Source: a virus. Taken from it: DNA of 64,000 bases. Below the pieces are notes generated by a model that ran no database searches, was not told the origin of the DNA, and saw only the letters and a list, made by a program, of their open reading frames with translations. The stretch covers positions 1 to 64,000 of IMG/VR virus record IMGVR_UViG_3300032092_003271, one strand, 5' to 3'. Shown piece after piece: positions 29,796 to 39,817 of this stretch (position 1 is its first letter; each line of letters opens with the position of its first letter). Made by a program: the position numbers and the translations under genes.

Positions 29796-30854
29796 TTATA
29801 CTGTTTCAATTTTTTCTAGTTGATCTTCAAAAGAAGTGATTCTACTCTCAAACATTTTACCAAACAATTCTAATGTTTCTGTTTGGAATTTTTCAAAATT
29901 ATTTATAGATTCAATTGTTAAGTCCATGTTAGAGAACAATTCAGGATTTAGATTATCTTCTAACCAATTTTGGATATAATCAGATAACACATCAACAATA
30001 ATTGTTTTATTATTTACCCATAGACCATTATCTTCGTTCATCCATGACGGTACATAGTCAGGAACTAAACCTAACACTGGAATACCCATTTTCATAGACT
30101 CTAATGGGAAAGTTCCAAAAGAACTTGTTTGGTCAATCCAAATAGAGATAAAACTATCTTTCATTGCTTCACTAAATTCTTCTTCAGACAAACCTCTTAA
30201 ATCTCTAAATGTGATCCATCTATATTGTGGGAATTTAGCATAAAATGTTTTGATTAGATTAGTTGTATCTCTATGATCTCTTGTGTGGATGTTCACAATA
30301 GTTTTAGGTGGGAAGATGTTTTTTTGGAATGTATCTGTTATGTATGGTGAAATAACATCAACATATACATTTCTCATAACTGACTCAATAAGTTCTTTTT
30401 GTTTGTTAGAGGTTGTGATACATTTATAGAACCCTAATTGACTCCATGTTTGACCTGGCTGTAAAGTCTCAAATATATTGTCAAATGCTTGACAAAGAAC
30501 AATTTTACCACAAGGTAATTTAGTAATTTGGTCCATAATAAAACCATAGATTTCAGGGATAATGATTAGATCATCTGGTGAAATTTCTAAACTAGTACCC
30601 TCAATAGCCCTATGTTCTAATTCAGACATATACTCTTCTCCTAACCAAGAATCAACACCATAGTATTCAGGTTTTTCATGAAGGATAATTGAGTTATATC
30701 CATTTCTTTTTAATGTCAATGCCATTTGGTATATGTATCTAACAGATGCCTTAGCATTTCCTTTTGTGTCTTGTACTATGAAATAAATTCTAGACAACTT
30801 TTCTTTCATGTTGTTGATAGAATTTTCCAATTTTGTAATTTGTTCTGTATTCAT
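29796..30854 (-). CDS. GT-B fold (GT4-like) glycosyltransferase
   Basis: IIIPEI and SSFGTFPLESMKMGIPV (ExFG..E-like motif). Confidence 0.75.
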   Translation of the reverse strand: MNTEQITKLENSINNMKEKLSRIYFIVQDTKGNAKASVRYIYQMALTLKRNGYNSIILHEKPEYYGVDSWLGEEYMSELEHRAIEGTSLEISPDDLIIIPEIYGFIMDQITKLPCGKIVLCQAFDNIFETLQPGQTWSQLGFYKCITTSNKQKELIESVMRNVYVDVISPYITDTFQKNIFPPKTIVNIHTRDHRDTTNLIKTFYAKFPQYRWITFRDLRGLSEEEFSEAMKDSFISIWIDQTSSFGTFPLESMKMGIPVLGLVPDYVPSWMNEDNGLWVNNKTIIVDVLSDYIQNWLEDNLNPELFSNMDLTIESINNFEKFQTETLELFGKMFESRITSFEDQLEKIETV

Positions 30855-30859
30855 ATCTA

Positions 30860-31114
30860 TTATAATTTATTTATTATTTTTTTCATTAGTAATGTATTAA
30901 AAGAGATTTTAAAAGGAATAGTAACTTCATTAGTTTTGAATCCCATATTTTCATCAACCACTTCGTTTTCGGTAATAATAGTTTCTACCATATTTTTTAT
31001 CATCTCGTATTTAACTAAATGGACTTGGGATTCCCCACTTGAGCCTACTAACTCAACTTCTTTTTCAATTTTATCTAAGTCGAAATAGTAATTTTCACCA
31101 AGAATTTTAAACAT
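30860..31114 (-). CDS. hypothetical protein
   Basis: 84-aa ORF in the operon. Confidence 0.75.
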   Translation of the reverse strand: MFKILGENYYFDLDKIEKEVELVGSSGESQVHLVKYEMIKNMVETIITENEVVDENMGFKTNEVTIPFKISFNTLLMKKIINKL

Positions 31115-31772
31115 TTTGTTTAAGGTTTTTTATTATCTGTTCAAATTCAGAAAGTGAAGAAATTTCATAATCTGATTTGATTTGTTTATTGTAGGAAGTG
31201 TTAAACTTAACAACGATTTTACCTACAGGTTTTTCTAATAATAGAGTAGGATCTGCGGTAAGTAAAATGTCTATTTGATTCCACATATTGTTTTTTGTTA
31301 TTTCACTGAAAAAAACTACATTTTCTAACAAACATCCAAATTTGGATAAGAAAAATAATGATGATGGTTTTGATTTACCAATTTCTCCTGAAACAACTAT
31401 TAATTCATTCTCATCTCTTAAATTAAAATAAATTTCATTTAGGATGTTGAACGTTGTCATTTCTGTAGACGGTGCGTGACCAAATAACTCCATAGCATAT
31501 TCTTCATACATAAAATTAAATAATTCGTCTTTACCCCTAAAAGAAAAATGTTTATCTAATTCTAACGAATCTACATCAGATATTTGTTTATACTCAAACT
31601 TTTCTAAAGTTTTTGTTATTGGCTTTGTATTACCTGACATATCAAGTTCATAGGTTGTTTGCATAACCTCATCTTCAGTATTACTTTCAATTAGATGTTT
31701 TTCATATAGTTGAGTAAATTTACCGATAGTATCTCTTAATACACCATTAATATCAATCCCTATCTTCATCAT
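31107..31772 (-). CDS. HAD-fold 5'(3')-deoxyribonucleotidase-like protein, degenerate motifs
   Basis: KIGIDINGVLRD motif I variant; FNTSYN C-terminal motif. Confidence 0.65.
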   Translation of the reverse strand: MMKIGIDINGVLRDTIGKFTQLYEKHLIESNTEDEVMQTTYELDMSGNTKPITKTLEKFEYKQISDVDSLELDKHFSFRGKDELFNFMYEEYAMELFGHAPSTEMTTFNILNEIYFNLRDENELIVVSGEIGKSKPSSLFFLSKFGCLLENVVFFSEITKNNMWNQIDILLTADPTLLLEKPVGKIVVKFNTSYNKQIKSDYEISSLSEFEQIIKNLKQNV

Positions 31773-32484
31773 ATTTTTGTAATATTTTTGTAATTATTGG
31801 ATTTCTAACTCCATCTTTATCTCCGAACTCAAAAATCCCAATACCATTAATTCCGTTAAATCTAATCAACGCATCGTATAAACCTGAGTGTGTTTTATCT
31901 TTATATCTATCGGTTTGTTCAATATCGCCAGAAATAAAGAATTTAGTGTTAGTACCTATTCTTGTTAATAATAATTTCATTTGCTTTGGAGTCGCATTTT
32001 GTGCCTCCTCAAAAATTAAAATTGAATTGTCTATTGTCATACCCCTCATGTATGCTAACGCAAATACCTCAATTACCTCAGCATCTTTTAATTTTTCTCT
32101 TGCTTCTTTACCAATTATTTTATTTAAAAGGTAATAAGATGGAAAGATGTATGGGTCTAATTTTTCTTCTAAGTTACCAGGTAAAGCTCCTAATTTTTCT
32201 TCGGCCTCAACTGCTGGTCTTACAATGATAATTTTATCATATCCATTACCATCATCTAATAAAAGATCTACAGCTGTTTTCATTGCTACGTAACTTTTAC
32301 CGACACCAGCGGGACCTGAACAAATAGTGATCTGATTGTTTAATAATGTTTCGGAATAAATTTTTTGATTTTCAGTTAAAAATTTACCTTTAGGTCTTTT
32401 TTTAACTACTTGTGAGATTATATCTCGTTTAGAATTCAAAGGAACGTAAGCTTCCTCTGTTGGTTGTGGTTTTCTTCTTGTCAT
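31753..32484 (-). CDS. phoH: PhoH family ATPase
   Basis: GPAGVGKS, IVRPAVE, LGALPG, LAYMRG, EEAQN, GDIEQTD. Confidence 0.95.
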   Translation of the reverse strand: MTRRKPQPTEEAYVPLNSKRDIISQVVKKRPKGKFLTENQKIYSETLLNNQITICSGPAGVGKSYVAMKTAVDLLLDDGNGYDKIIIVRPAVEAEEKLGALPGNLEEKLDPYIFPSYYLLNKIIGKEAREKLKDAEVIEVFALAYMRGMTIDNSILIFEEAQNATPKQMKLLLTRIGTNTKFFISGDIEQTDRYKDKTHSGLYDALIRFNGINGIGIFEFGDKDGVRNPIITKILQKYDEDRD

Positions 32485-32487
32485 ATT

Positions 32488-32934
32488 TTATTTAACAAAT
32501 CTTTTATTGGATTCTTGATTGTAAATCCTTTTTCTTAAACTACTTGTAGAAAAGTCATGATCTCTTTTATTATAAACAAATCTTATGTTTCTTTTCATAC
32601 AAATATCTTTTGCTGTGAAGCTTTGATCTTTATATTCTTCACCAATAATTCTAACATCAATATCTAAAGATGAAAATATGGTTTTTAATTCTTCCTCATT
32701 ATTGTAAGGTATAATTTTATCCACATATTGAACAGCGTCTAATTGAATGTACCTCTCAACTAAAGATTGGATTGGTTTGTTTTTTTCGGGTCTATCTAAT
32801 GATGGGTCCACTTGTAGGGCACATATTAGGTAATCACAATATTTTTTACATTCTTCTAACATTATTATATGACCTGCGTGAAGGAGATCAAATGTTGAAC
32901 AAGTAATACCTATAATTCTGTTTTGTTTATCCAT
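32488..32934 (-). CDS. glycerol-3-phosphate cytidylyltransferase-like (TagD family)
   Basis: TCSTFDLLHAGH (HxGH), DPSLDRPEKNKP, R.HDFSTS.LR. Confidence 0.88.
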   Translation of the reverse strand: MDKQNRIIGITCSTFDLLHAGHIIMLEECKKYCDYLICALQVDPSLDRPEKNKPIQSLVERYIQLDAVQYVDKIIPYNNEEELKTIFSSLDIDVRIIGEEYKDQSFTAKDICMKRNIRFVYNKRDHDFSTSSLRKRIYNQESNKRFVK

Positions 32935-33844
32935 TTTTTCTTACAATACTATAATTGTTTTCAAAAAATTCAATAGTTTCCTTCAGACCTTCATAGAATG
33001 GTGTGAATTTGAAATTTGGTAGATAATTTTTAATTTTAGTATTGTCTGATGGTTTTCTAAACTGTCCATCGGGTTTTGAGGAGTCAAAAATTACATCTCC
33101 TCTGAAGTTCATTAATTCTGTTATTACATCAACAACCTCTTTAATCGATATTTCTTCAGATGTTGATAATATTATTGGTTCATTTTCGTTGTAGTTATAT
33201 AAAACCCATTCTGTTAATTTTGCAACATCTTTACTAAATATAAATTCACGTAAAGGTTTACCTGATCCCCATATCGTAAGTGGTGTTTTATTTTCTCTTG
33301 CCAAATAACACTTGTGAATTAATGCCGGCAATACATGACCATTTTCAAGATCATAGTTGTCATTTGGTCCGTAGATGTTTGTTGGTATAACGGATTTATA
33401 ATTTAAACCATATTGTTCATTGTAAGACCTAATTTGAACGTCCGTCATTCTTTTTGCGTACGCATAAGCATCGTTAGAAAAGTGTGGTTCACCTAAGTGA
33501 ATCTTTTTTTCTGTTAGTGGGTAATCCACTTTGTCAGGAAAAACACAAGTCGATAAAAATGCTACTAAATTTTTTACACCTGAAAGTCTTGCTCCCTCAA
33601 TTACATTTGTATTCATCATTATGTTATTATAAAAGAATTCTCCTTTATAATTCATATTAGCGCCAACACCACCAACTTTGGCGGCACAATGTATAATACC
33701 GTCAAAACCTCTCAACATTAATCTGTGGGTTTGATCTCTATCGATCAAATCATATTGGTTTGATGATGGTTTAAAATATTGGTCACCAATAAATTCAGAA
33801 CCTACTAATCCATTCCCACCTGTGACTAATATCTTATTTCCCAT
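32927..33844 (-). CDS. fcl: GDP-L-fucose synthase
   Basis: TGGNGLVG, AAKVGG, YAYAKR, PTNIYGPNDN, HVLPALIHK, WGSGKPLREF, KPDG. Confidence 0.95.
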   Translation of the reverse strand: MGNKILVTGGNGLVGSEFIGDQYFKPSSNQYDLIDRDQTHRLMLRGFDGIIHCAAKVGGVGANMNYKGEFFYNNIMMNTNVIEGARLSGVKNLVAFLSTCVFPDKVDYPLTEKKIHLGEPHFSNDAYAYAKRMTDVQIRSYNEQYGLNYKSVIPTNIYGPNDNYDLENGHVLPALIHKCYLARENKTPLTIWGSGKPLREFIFSKDVAKLTEWVLYNYNENEPIILSTSEEISIKEVVDVITELMNFRGDVIFDSSKPDGQFRKPSDNTKIKNYLPNFKFTPFYEGLKETIEFFENNYSIVRKNG

Positions 33845-34811
33845 AATATTCTAACCAATAGTTTATCATTTCATCTAACATACTTTCAAAAGTATATTCA
33901 GGTTGCCATGACAACTCTTTTTTTAATTTAGATGAATCACCTTTTAAATTTTCTAATTCTTCAGGTCTAAAATGTTTTTCATCAATAACAATATGGTCCA
34001 TATAATCTAAACCTAATGAGCTGAAAACATAACTACATAGATCTTGAACGGAGTGAGATACCCCTGTCGCACAAACATAGTCGTCAGGTTTATCTGATTG
34101 TAACATTAACCACATAGCATAAACATAATCTTTTGCGTGACCCCAATCTCTAGTTGCAGATAGATTACCAATATTTAGTTTATCTTGTAAACCAAGACTA
34201 ATTCTAACAGCGGCTTTAACAACTTTGTTAGTCACAAAATTAGTCCCTCTTCTTGGGGACTCGTGATTAAACAAAATACCATTCCAAATCTTCATCCCGT
34301 AAGAATTTCTATAGTTTCTACAGATATTGTATGAAAATACTTTAGCACACCCATATGGTGATACGGGATTCATTGGTGTAGTTTCTCTTTGGTACCCGTC
34401 TTCGTCAATTGTATTTCCAAACATCTCGGAGGAAGATGCTTGATATATTTTTGAGTGTTGTGAAACCAATCTAACCGCTTCTAATAGATTTAATGTCCCA
34501 ACACCTGTAACATTTGTTGTGTATATTGGTTGGTCAAAACTAATTCTAACATGAGACTGCGCCGCTAAATTATAAACCTCATCTGGTTGTACCATTGATA
34601 ATACTTTAACTAAAGACGCCATGTCTGTTAAATCGGCGTATTCAAGATGGATTAAATTACCGTCCCTTAAACTTTCAATCCTTGAAGATTGTGTTTCAGA
34701 AACAGAATTTCTTTTTACCGTTCCCCATACTTCATAACCTTTTTCTAAAAGTAATTCGGCAAGATATGAACCATCTTGACCATTTATTCCTGTTATTAAT
34801 GCTTTTTTCAT
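33834..34811 (-). CDS. gmd: GDP-mannose 4,6-dehydratase
   Basis: Start at ATG 34811: KKALITGINGQDGSYLAE, NLAAQSHV, QASSSE, SPYGCAK, FNHESPRRG, RDWGHA. Confidence 0.96.
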   Translation of the reverse strand: MKKALITGINGQDGSYLAELLLEKGYEVWGTVKRNSVSETQSSRIESLRDGNLIHLEYADLTDMASLVKVLSMVQPDEVYNLAAQSHVRISFDQPIYTTNVTGVGTLNLLEAVRLVSQHSKIYQASSSEMFGNTIDEDGYQRETTPMNPVSPYGCAKVFSYNICRNYRNSYGMKIWNGILFNHESPRRGTNFVTNKVVKAAVRISLGLQDKLNIGNLSATRDWGHAKDYVYAMWLMLQSDKPDDYVCATGVSHSVQDLCSYVFSSLGLDYMDHIVIDEKHFRPEELENLKGDSSKLKKELSWQPEYTFESMLDEMINYWLEYYGK

Positions 34812-34812
34812 T

Positions 34813-35415
34813 TTATTTATTAAATTTATATAAACATAACCCAACAGAATCATATGGTAAATCATCAAAATCTGAATTCTTTTTATCGGCAAATAATCGT
34901 TCAACTAAAGACCATTTTTCTGAATTTTCAATATAATCTTTTATTTTTATTGATTTTGTGGAATGAGCTTTGTCATACGGTCTATAATGATCCCAATCGT
35001 GCATACAAAAATATGTACCATCATCAATAAAATTTTCTAAAACAATTATATCATTAAGGGCAACATCAGAATCTTCTGGACCATCAAACATAATAAAATC
35101 AGGTATTAAATTATTTTTTAATAAATCATTTATCATGACATCAGAATTGGTTTTGTAAAATTTTACAAAATCAAAAACATTAAAAAACTCATTATCTGGT
35201 TTTCTAACTGGGTCACAAGTATGTACGGTAGAATTTAGATTATTATCTTTAATTGATTTAGAAATAAAATATGTTGATCCACCACCATTACCAGTACCAA
35301 CTTCTAAAACTAAGGTTGGTTTTATTTCTGAGATCCAATTATATAATTTATATCTTTCATATGGTAACATTTCACCATCAAAAATATCATTAAAAAAATT
35401 AATTTTTTCAGTCAT
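34813..35415 (-). CDS. class I SAM-dependent methyltransferase (Methyltransf_24-like)
   Basis: VLEVGTGNGGGST, MFDG, MHDW. Confidence 0.75.
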   Translation of the reverse strand: MTEKINFFNDIFDGEMLPYERYKLYNWISEIKPTLVLEVGTGNGGGSTYFISKSIKDNNLNSTVHTCDPVRKPDNEFFNVFDFVKFYKTNSDVMINDLLKNNLIPDFIMFDGPEDSDVALNDIIVLENFIDDGTYFCMHDWDHYRPYDKAHSTKSIKIKDYIENSEKWSLVERLFADKKNSDFDDLPYDSVGLCLYKFNK

Positions 35416-35433
35416 TGTATTAATTATTGTGAT

Positions 35434-35970
35434 TTATTTTTTTATTCCAAAGGTAGGACAACCATCTTTAGTTAAGTAAATTATACTTAAATTATTCTCA
35501 ACACAAAATTCATCAACGGCTTTAACAACTTGTGGAAATTTAGTTGGGGAATAATCGTGACCAAATATAAAACCTCCGTTTTTAACTTTCATTAAAGATA
35601 TATTTAAATCTTTTTTCACCCCTTCATATGAGTGATCTCCATCAATGTAGATCAAATCAAAATATTCATCAACAAATTCATTTAATATTTTTTCACTATA
35701 ACCTTTGTGTATAAAAACTGAATTATCATTTACAAAATTATTTTTTAGTTTTTCATATTCCTCATTAAGATCGGTCCAAACAACATCATCACCATCTTTG
35801 TTCCCTGAACACATCATCCCTTCAAAAATATCAACTAAGTGAAGTTCTTTAGGGTTTATGTTTTCATATATTATTTTGGAAAACTCCCCCTTGAAGACCC
35901 CTATTTCACATATAACTAAATTATTGTTTAAATCATTAATTAAGTCGTTTCTTGTTTCGTAAATTTTCAT
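35434..35970 (-). CDS. class I SAM-dependent methyltransferase (Methyltransf_24)
   Basis: EIGVFKGEFS, YIDGDHSYEGVKKD, GGFIFGHDY. Confidence 0.9.
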   Translation of the reverse strand: MKIYETRNDLINDLNNNLVICEIGVFKGEFSKIIYENINPKELHLVDIFEGMMCSGNKDGDDVVWTDLNEEYEKLKNNFVNDNSVFIHKGYSEKILNEFVDEYFDLIYIDGDHSYEGVKKDLNISLMKVKNGGFIFGHDYSPTKFPQVVKAVDEFCVENNLSIIYLTKDGCPTFGIKK

Positions 35971-36722
35971 TTAAAATTTTTATTATAAAAGTTTATCATT
36001 TTTTCATATTTTATTGGGAAATTTCCAGGTCCACCCGCAAAATGTAACACTATACCGTCATATTCTGTTAAATAATAACCAATGTGAGATATTAAATTTG
36101 TAAGTTGGTTATCATAAATTTTGTTCCTATATAGATAAACGTTAAAAAAAGGTTGCTCTAAACAGTCGTTCACTAAATGCTGATTATTTTTTAAAAACAT
36201 ATCGATGTTTTTTAAATGATTAATCATTATTGGTTTGAACCCAAATATACCGGCATTAATCCCTAATATGTTATTTTTTTGTATTTCTTTTTTTTCAGTA
36301 TCATTTAAAATATCCCCACCCCACCAATTTTCAGACATCAAGGAATTTTCATTACTAACATAAAATTTTTCATTTTCTATAATATTAAACATTTTTTCAG
36401 GAGAAGATGTCCATAAAATATCAAGATCTGAAAAAATAATTTTATCATACTCATAAGCTTTATCAAACAAATAAATTTTTAGTTTATTTGAACTTGATTC
36501 TAGTAACTCCGATTTATCTAAAACTAAAAAATACGGTTTTTTCTTAAAATTAATTTCATTTAACAATTCTGTTTCTAAATCAGTTATAAACAAAAAATCA
36601 CCATCATAACCGTTATAATATAGACTATCAATACAAAGCTTTGCTAACTTTATATAATTAACATTATTACCTAATGTAAAATAGATTAAATTTTTTTCTT
36701 TAACATCCTTATTTAAATTCAT
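35967..36722 (-). CDS. GT-A fold glycosyltransferase (GT8-like)
   Basis: IIFSDLDIL, INAGIF, LEQPFFNVY, VLHFAG. Confidence 0.75.
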   Translation of the reverse strand: MNLNKDVKEKNLIYFTLGNNVNYIKLAKLCIDSLYYNGYDGDFLFITDLETELLNEINFKKKPYFLVLDKSELLESSSNKLKIYLFDKAYEYDKIIFSDLDILWTSSPEKMFNIIENEKFYVSNENSLMSENWWGGDILNDTEKKEIQKNNILGINAGIFGFKPIMINHLKNIDMFLKNNQHLVNDCLEQPFFNVYLYRNKIYDNQLTNLISHIGYYLTEYDGIVLHFAGGPGNFPIKYEKMINFYNKNFK

Positions 36723-36725
36723 CTT

Positions 36726-37529
36726 TTATAATTTTTTAATTTGTTTATTTATCACCTCAACCCAATATCCATATTCCAAACTCTCCCTACTATTTTTTTG
36801 AACTTTTTTTATCTCGTCAGATATAAAATTAAAATCATATAATTTATTCTGATCATCAATAAAAACAACTGGTAGGTTTTTATATATTTTTTCATATATT
36901 AAATGGTAGTCTTGTGAGGAACCAACCACTATTGGAGTGCCACCTAAATATAAAGTTTCATAAGTCCTAATACACTCAATACCATTTCCTCTAGGTGATA
37001 CAACACCTAAATATGATTTTACGTGACTTGCAAATTCCTCAAAACTTATTTCATTATAATGATCTATGTGGTTAGATTCTTCACATATTTTTTTTATTTG
37101 GGATCTGAATGAAGGATTGGTCTCAACTCTAAAATTAGAAATTACCTTATTAACTGATTGACCATTCGGAATTAATTCAGGATTTAATAAATATTTTTTT
37201 TTATGAAAAATACCTTCATTTATTATCCCATGACCTTCTCTTTCAGGTAACATATCAATTTCTACACCAATAGGTATTGGTGTCACTTTATCACTATGAC
37301 AATTTGTGTTTGTTGAGAAAATATGAGTTACGTTTTCGGGACAATATGAAAATAAATTATCATCAAAAGTTATATCACCATTAGCTATGATTAGAACACA
37401 TTTATTCTTTTTAGATTCAATACTTTTAAATTCTTGTAATATAAAATCTATTTTACAAAAAATAACATTTTCGTCATTATGAAAGTCATTACAAAATTTA
37501 GTCATCTGTAAAAGATTATCTTGTGACAT
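36726..37529 (-). CDS. exostosin (GT47)-like protein
   Basis: PIPIG, SPRGNGIECIRTYETLYLGGTPIV. Confidence 0.65.
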   Translation of the reverse strand: MSQDNLLQMTKFCNDFHNDENVIFCKIDFILQEFKSIESKKNKCVLIIANGDITFDDNLFSYCPENVTHIFSTNTNCHSDKVTPIPIGVEIDMLPEREGHGIINEGIFHKKKYLLNPELIPNGQSVNKVISNFRVETNPSFRSQIKKICEESNHIDHYNEISFEEFASHVKSYLGVVSPRGNGIECIRTYETLYLGGTPIVVGSSQDYHLIYEKIYKNLPVVFIDDQNKLYDFNFISDEIKKVQKNSRESLEYGYWVEVINKQIKKL

Positions 37530-37532
37530 AAG

Positions 37533-38543
37533 TTACTTTCTGTATTTTCTATTTGATTTTTCATAAATTTCATCTATCAAAGAAATAACATTCAAAGTCT
37601 CTGACATATCAAAATCTTTTAAGTTTTGATAAACAAATGGATGATTTGGACAAGAACCTTGATAAGAACCGTAATTATTTGGTTCTGTAGATATGTTATA
37701 TTTTTTTCTGATTTTTTCAAACTCAGACTGACTTCCGTGAGATAAAAAGTTTGCGGATTCAACTATGTTCAGAGCTTTACCCCCCAACTTTATGTATCCA
37801 TTTGCGCCTATAACACTTAAAGAACACTCTAAATTTTGAGGTTCGGCCGCAATTGTAACTTCACAAGTCCCACCAAAATCACCAAAATCAAAAATACTAT
37901 ATATTGTATCCTCAATATCAACATTAATATGTTTATTTGAATATATTTTTGATGAGTGGACATAAGGTTTACCAAAAAGTTTTTGTAGTACGTCCAAATA
38001 ATGTATACCCACTTCGTATAAAGTTCCACCACCTACATTAGGTAGAGCTCTCCACCCTGTAAAATACTCAAACGGTCTTTGCCATCTTTGTACAAAATTA
38101 ACAGATCTTATTTTTCCTAATAAATTAGAATTTAAAACTTCTCTTAACAATGATACCGTAGGGTTTAATCTAACTTGTAAAACGCAATAAGCCTTTTTAT
38201 TATTTTTATTTGCGGTTTCTATTATCTGATCAACCTCTTCTTTAGTAAAAGAAACTGGTTTCTCAACCAAAACATCACAGCCATTTTCTAACGCATATAT
38301 TGCTTGATTAACGTGAAGTGAGTTTGGAGTTGCAATAGTTATAAAATTCGAAATACCGCAATCAACTAAATCTTTGTAATTTGTAAAATATTTTACATTA
38401 TATTTTTTACCTAAGTTTTTTACTAAATCTTCTTGAATATCACAAACCGCAACCAATTCAAAATCTTCATTTAGTTCAATTGATTCTATGTGTCTTGGTA
38501 AAATAGCACCACAACCAATTATTGCAACTTTATATTTACTCAT
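37533..38543 (-). CDS. Gfo/Idh/MocA oxidoreductase (WbpB/WlbA-like nucleotide-sugar 3-dehydrogenase)
   Basis: IIGCGAI, ATPNSLH, VEKP, GGGTLYEVGIHYLD, NLECS; adjacent to the acetyltransferase. Confidence 0.85.
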   Translation of the reverse strand: MSKYKVAIIGCGAILPRHIESIELNEDFELVAVCDIQEDLVKNLGKKYNVKYFTNYKDLVDCGISNFITIATPNSLHVNQAIYALENGCDVLVEKPVSFTKEEVDQIIETANKNNKKAYCVLQVRLNPTVSLLREVLNSNLLGKIRSVNFVQRWQRPFEYFTGWRALPNVGGGTLYEVGIHYLDVLQKLFGKPYVHSSKIYSNKHINVDIEDTIYSIFDFGDFGGTCEVTIAAEPQNLECSLSVIGANGYIKLGGKALNIVESANFLSHGSQSEFEKIRKKYNISTEPNNYGSYQGSCPNHPFVYQNLKDFDMSETLNVISLIDEIYEKSNRKYRK

Positions 38544-38544
38544 A

Positions 38545-39021
38545 TTATTTATTTTGTTTTTTATATTTTGCTGGATTTCCATAAACTAAACTATCTCTTG
38601 GGACATCTTTTGTTACTACCGATCCTGCGCCTATCAAACTATTTTCACCAATAGTTACACCACAAATTATAACACTATTGGCCCCAATAGAACACCCTTT
38701 TTTAAACAAAGTTTTTTTAAATCTACCTTCATTCATCCAATCACCGGTTACTTTTGGTGTAAAATCATTTGTTGTTACGGTATTAGGACCAAAAAAAACA
38801 TCATCTTCCAGTAAAACACCTTCATATACTAATGAATTATTTTGAATTTTACAGTTATTCCCAATAACAACATTAGGACCGATATAAACACCTTCACCGA
38901 TAATACAATTTTTACCTATAACCGATCCATTACATATATGGGAAAATGCCCATATTTTAGTACCTTCACCAATATTATCACTTTCTATTATTGAACTTTC
39001 GTGGATAAAAACATTTTCCAT
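38545..39021 (-). CDS. hexapeptide-repeat N-acetyltransferase (WbpD/WlbB-like)
   Basis: IGEGTKIWAFSHI, CKIQNN, FGPN..TND..P, GAGSVVTKDVP, GNPA. Confidence 0.9.
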   Translation of the reverse strand: MENVFIHESSIIESDNIGEGTKIWAFSHICNGSVIGKNCIIGEGVYIGPNVVIGNNCKIQNNSLVYEGVLLEDDVFFGPNTVTTNDFTPKVTGDWMNEGRFKKTLFKKGCSIGANSVIICGVTIGENSLIGAGSVVTKDVPRDSLVYGNPAKYKKQNK

Positions 39022-39023
39022 AA

Positions 39024-39812
39024 TTAAACAAATTTAGGTATATTATTAAATAGACTGTCTAAATAATTTTTATGATTAGAGTATGGTCTACAGGCATGGC
39101 ATTCAATAAAATGGTTTGAGTTTATTAAATCTAAATCGTAACTAACTTCATTATTTCTGTGACAATCAATTCTTCTATTTAAAAAATCTTTAGCTAAACT
39201 TAAATCTGACACCCTTCCTGTATTTTTAAATTCATTTAATTTTAAACAAGCATACGCCTCATCGGTACCCCATTTATTACCCCACATGGTTTTCACATTT
39301 AAAGAATTTACCTTCAGTACTTCCTCCCAAAAAGAGTCTTCAAAATTAAACACATCACAAAAAGTCTGACCTTTTGCAATATGATAAGCTGATGGACTAA
39401 ATCCACCTTCATCCCATTTTTTAGGGTGTTTTCCTTCTAATGTATATTGATTGTCTATCAACATAACATAATTATTATCATCAACATTTGATATAGAATC
39501 TTTTAGGAAAAATGTACCTAATGGTATTTGATCAATCCCCATAATGGCACACACTTCATCTTTATAAAATTTTGTAAAATAAAATAAAGCCCAAGTATAT
39601 TGCCAAGGTAAAATACCACTAACTTCCCTCTCCAATATAATATTACCATATTCCTCAGATAAATTTGCGGACTTTAAATTTTCAGGTGTACCAAAAAAAA
39701 CCAAGGTTGGGTTTATATTGAATTTTTCTTTATATGTTTTTGACAAATTATTCCAAAAATCATAATAAAGTGGATCATTATTGGAAACTAAAATAACTCT
39801 TTCTACTTTCAT
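39024..39812 (-). CDS. hypothetical protein, possible GT-A glycosyltransferase
   Basis: N.DPLYYDFW, GIDQIPL, YHIAKG, WGTDE; lies within the glycan cluster. Confidence 0.55.
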   Translation of the reverse strand: MKVERVILVSNNDPLYYDFWNNLSKTYKEKFNINPTLVFFGTPENLKSANLSEEYGNIILEREVSGILPWQYTWALFYFTKFYKDEVCAIMGIDQIPLGTFFLKDSISNVDDNNYVMLIDNQYTLEGKHPKKWDEGGFSPSAYHIAKGQTFCDVFNFEDSFWEEVLKVNSLNVKTMWGNKWGTDEAYACLKLNEFKNTGRVSDLSLAKDFLNRRIDCHRNNEVSYDLDLINSNHFIECHACRPYSNHKNYLDSLFNNIPKFV

Positions 39813-39817
39813 TTTTG

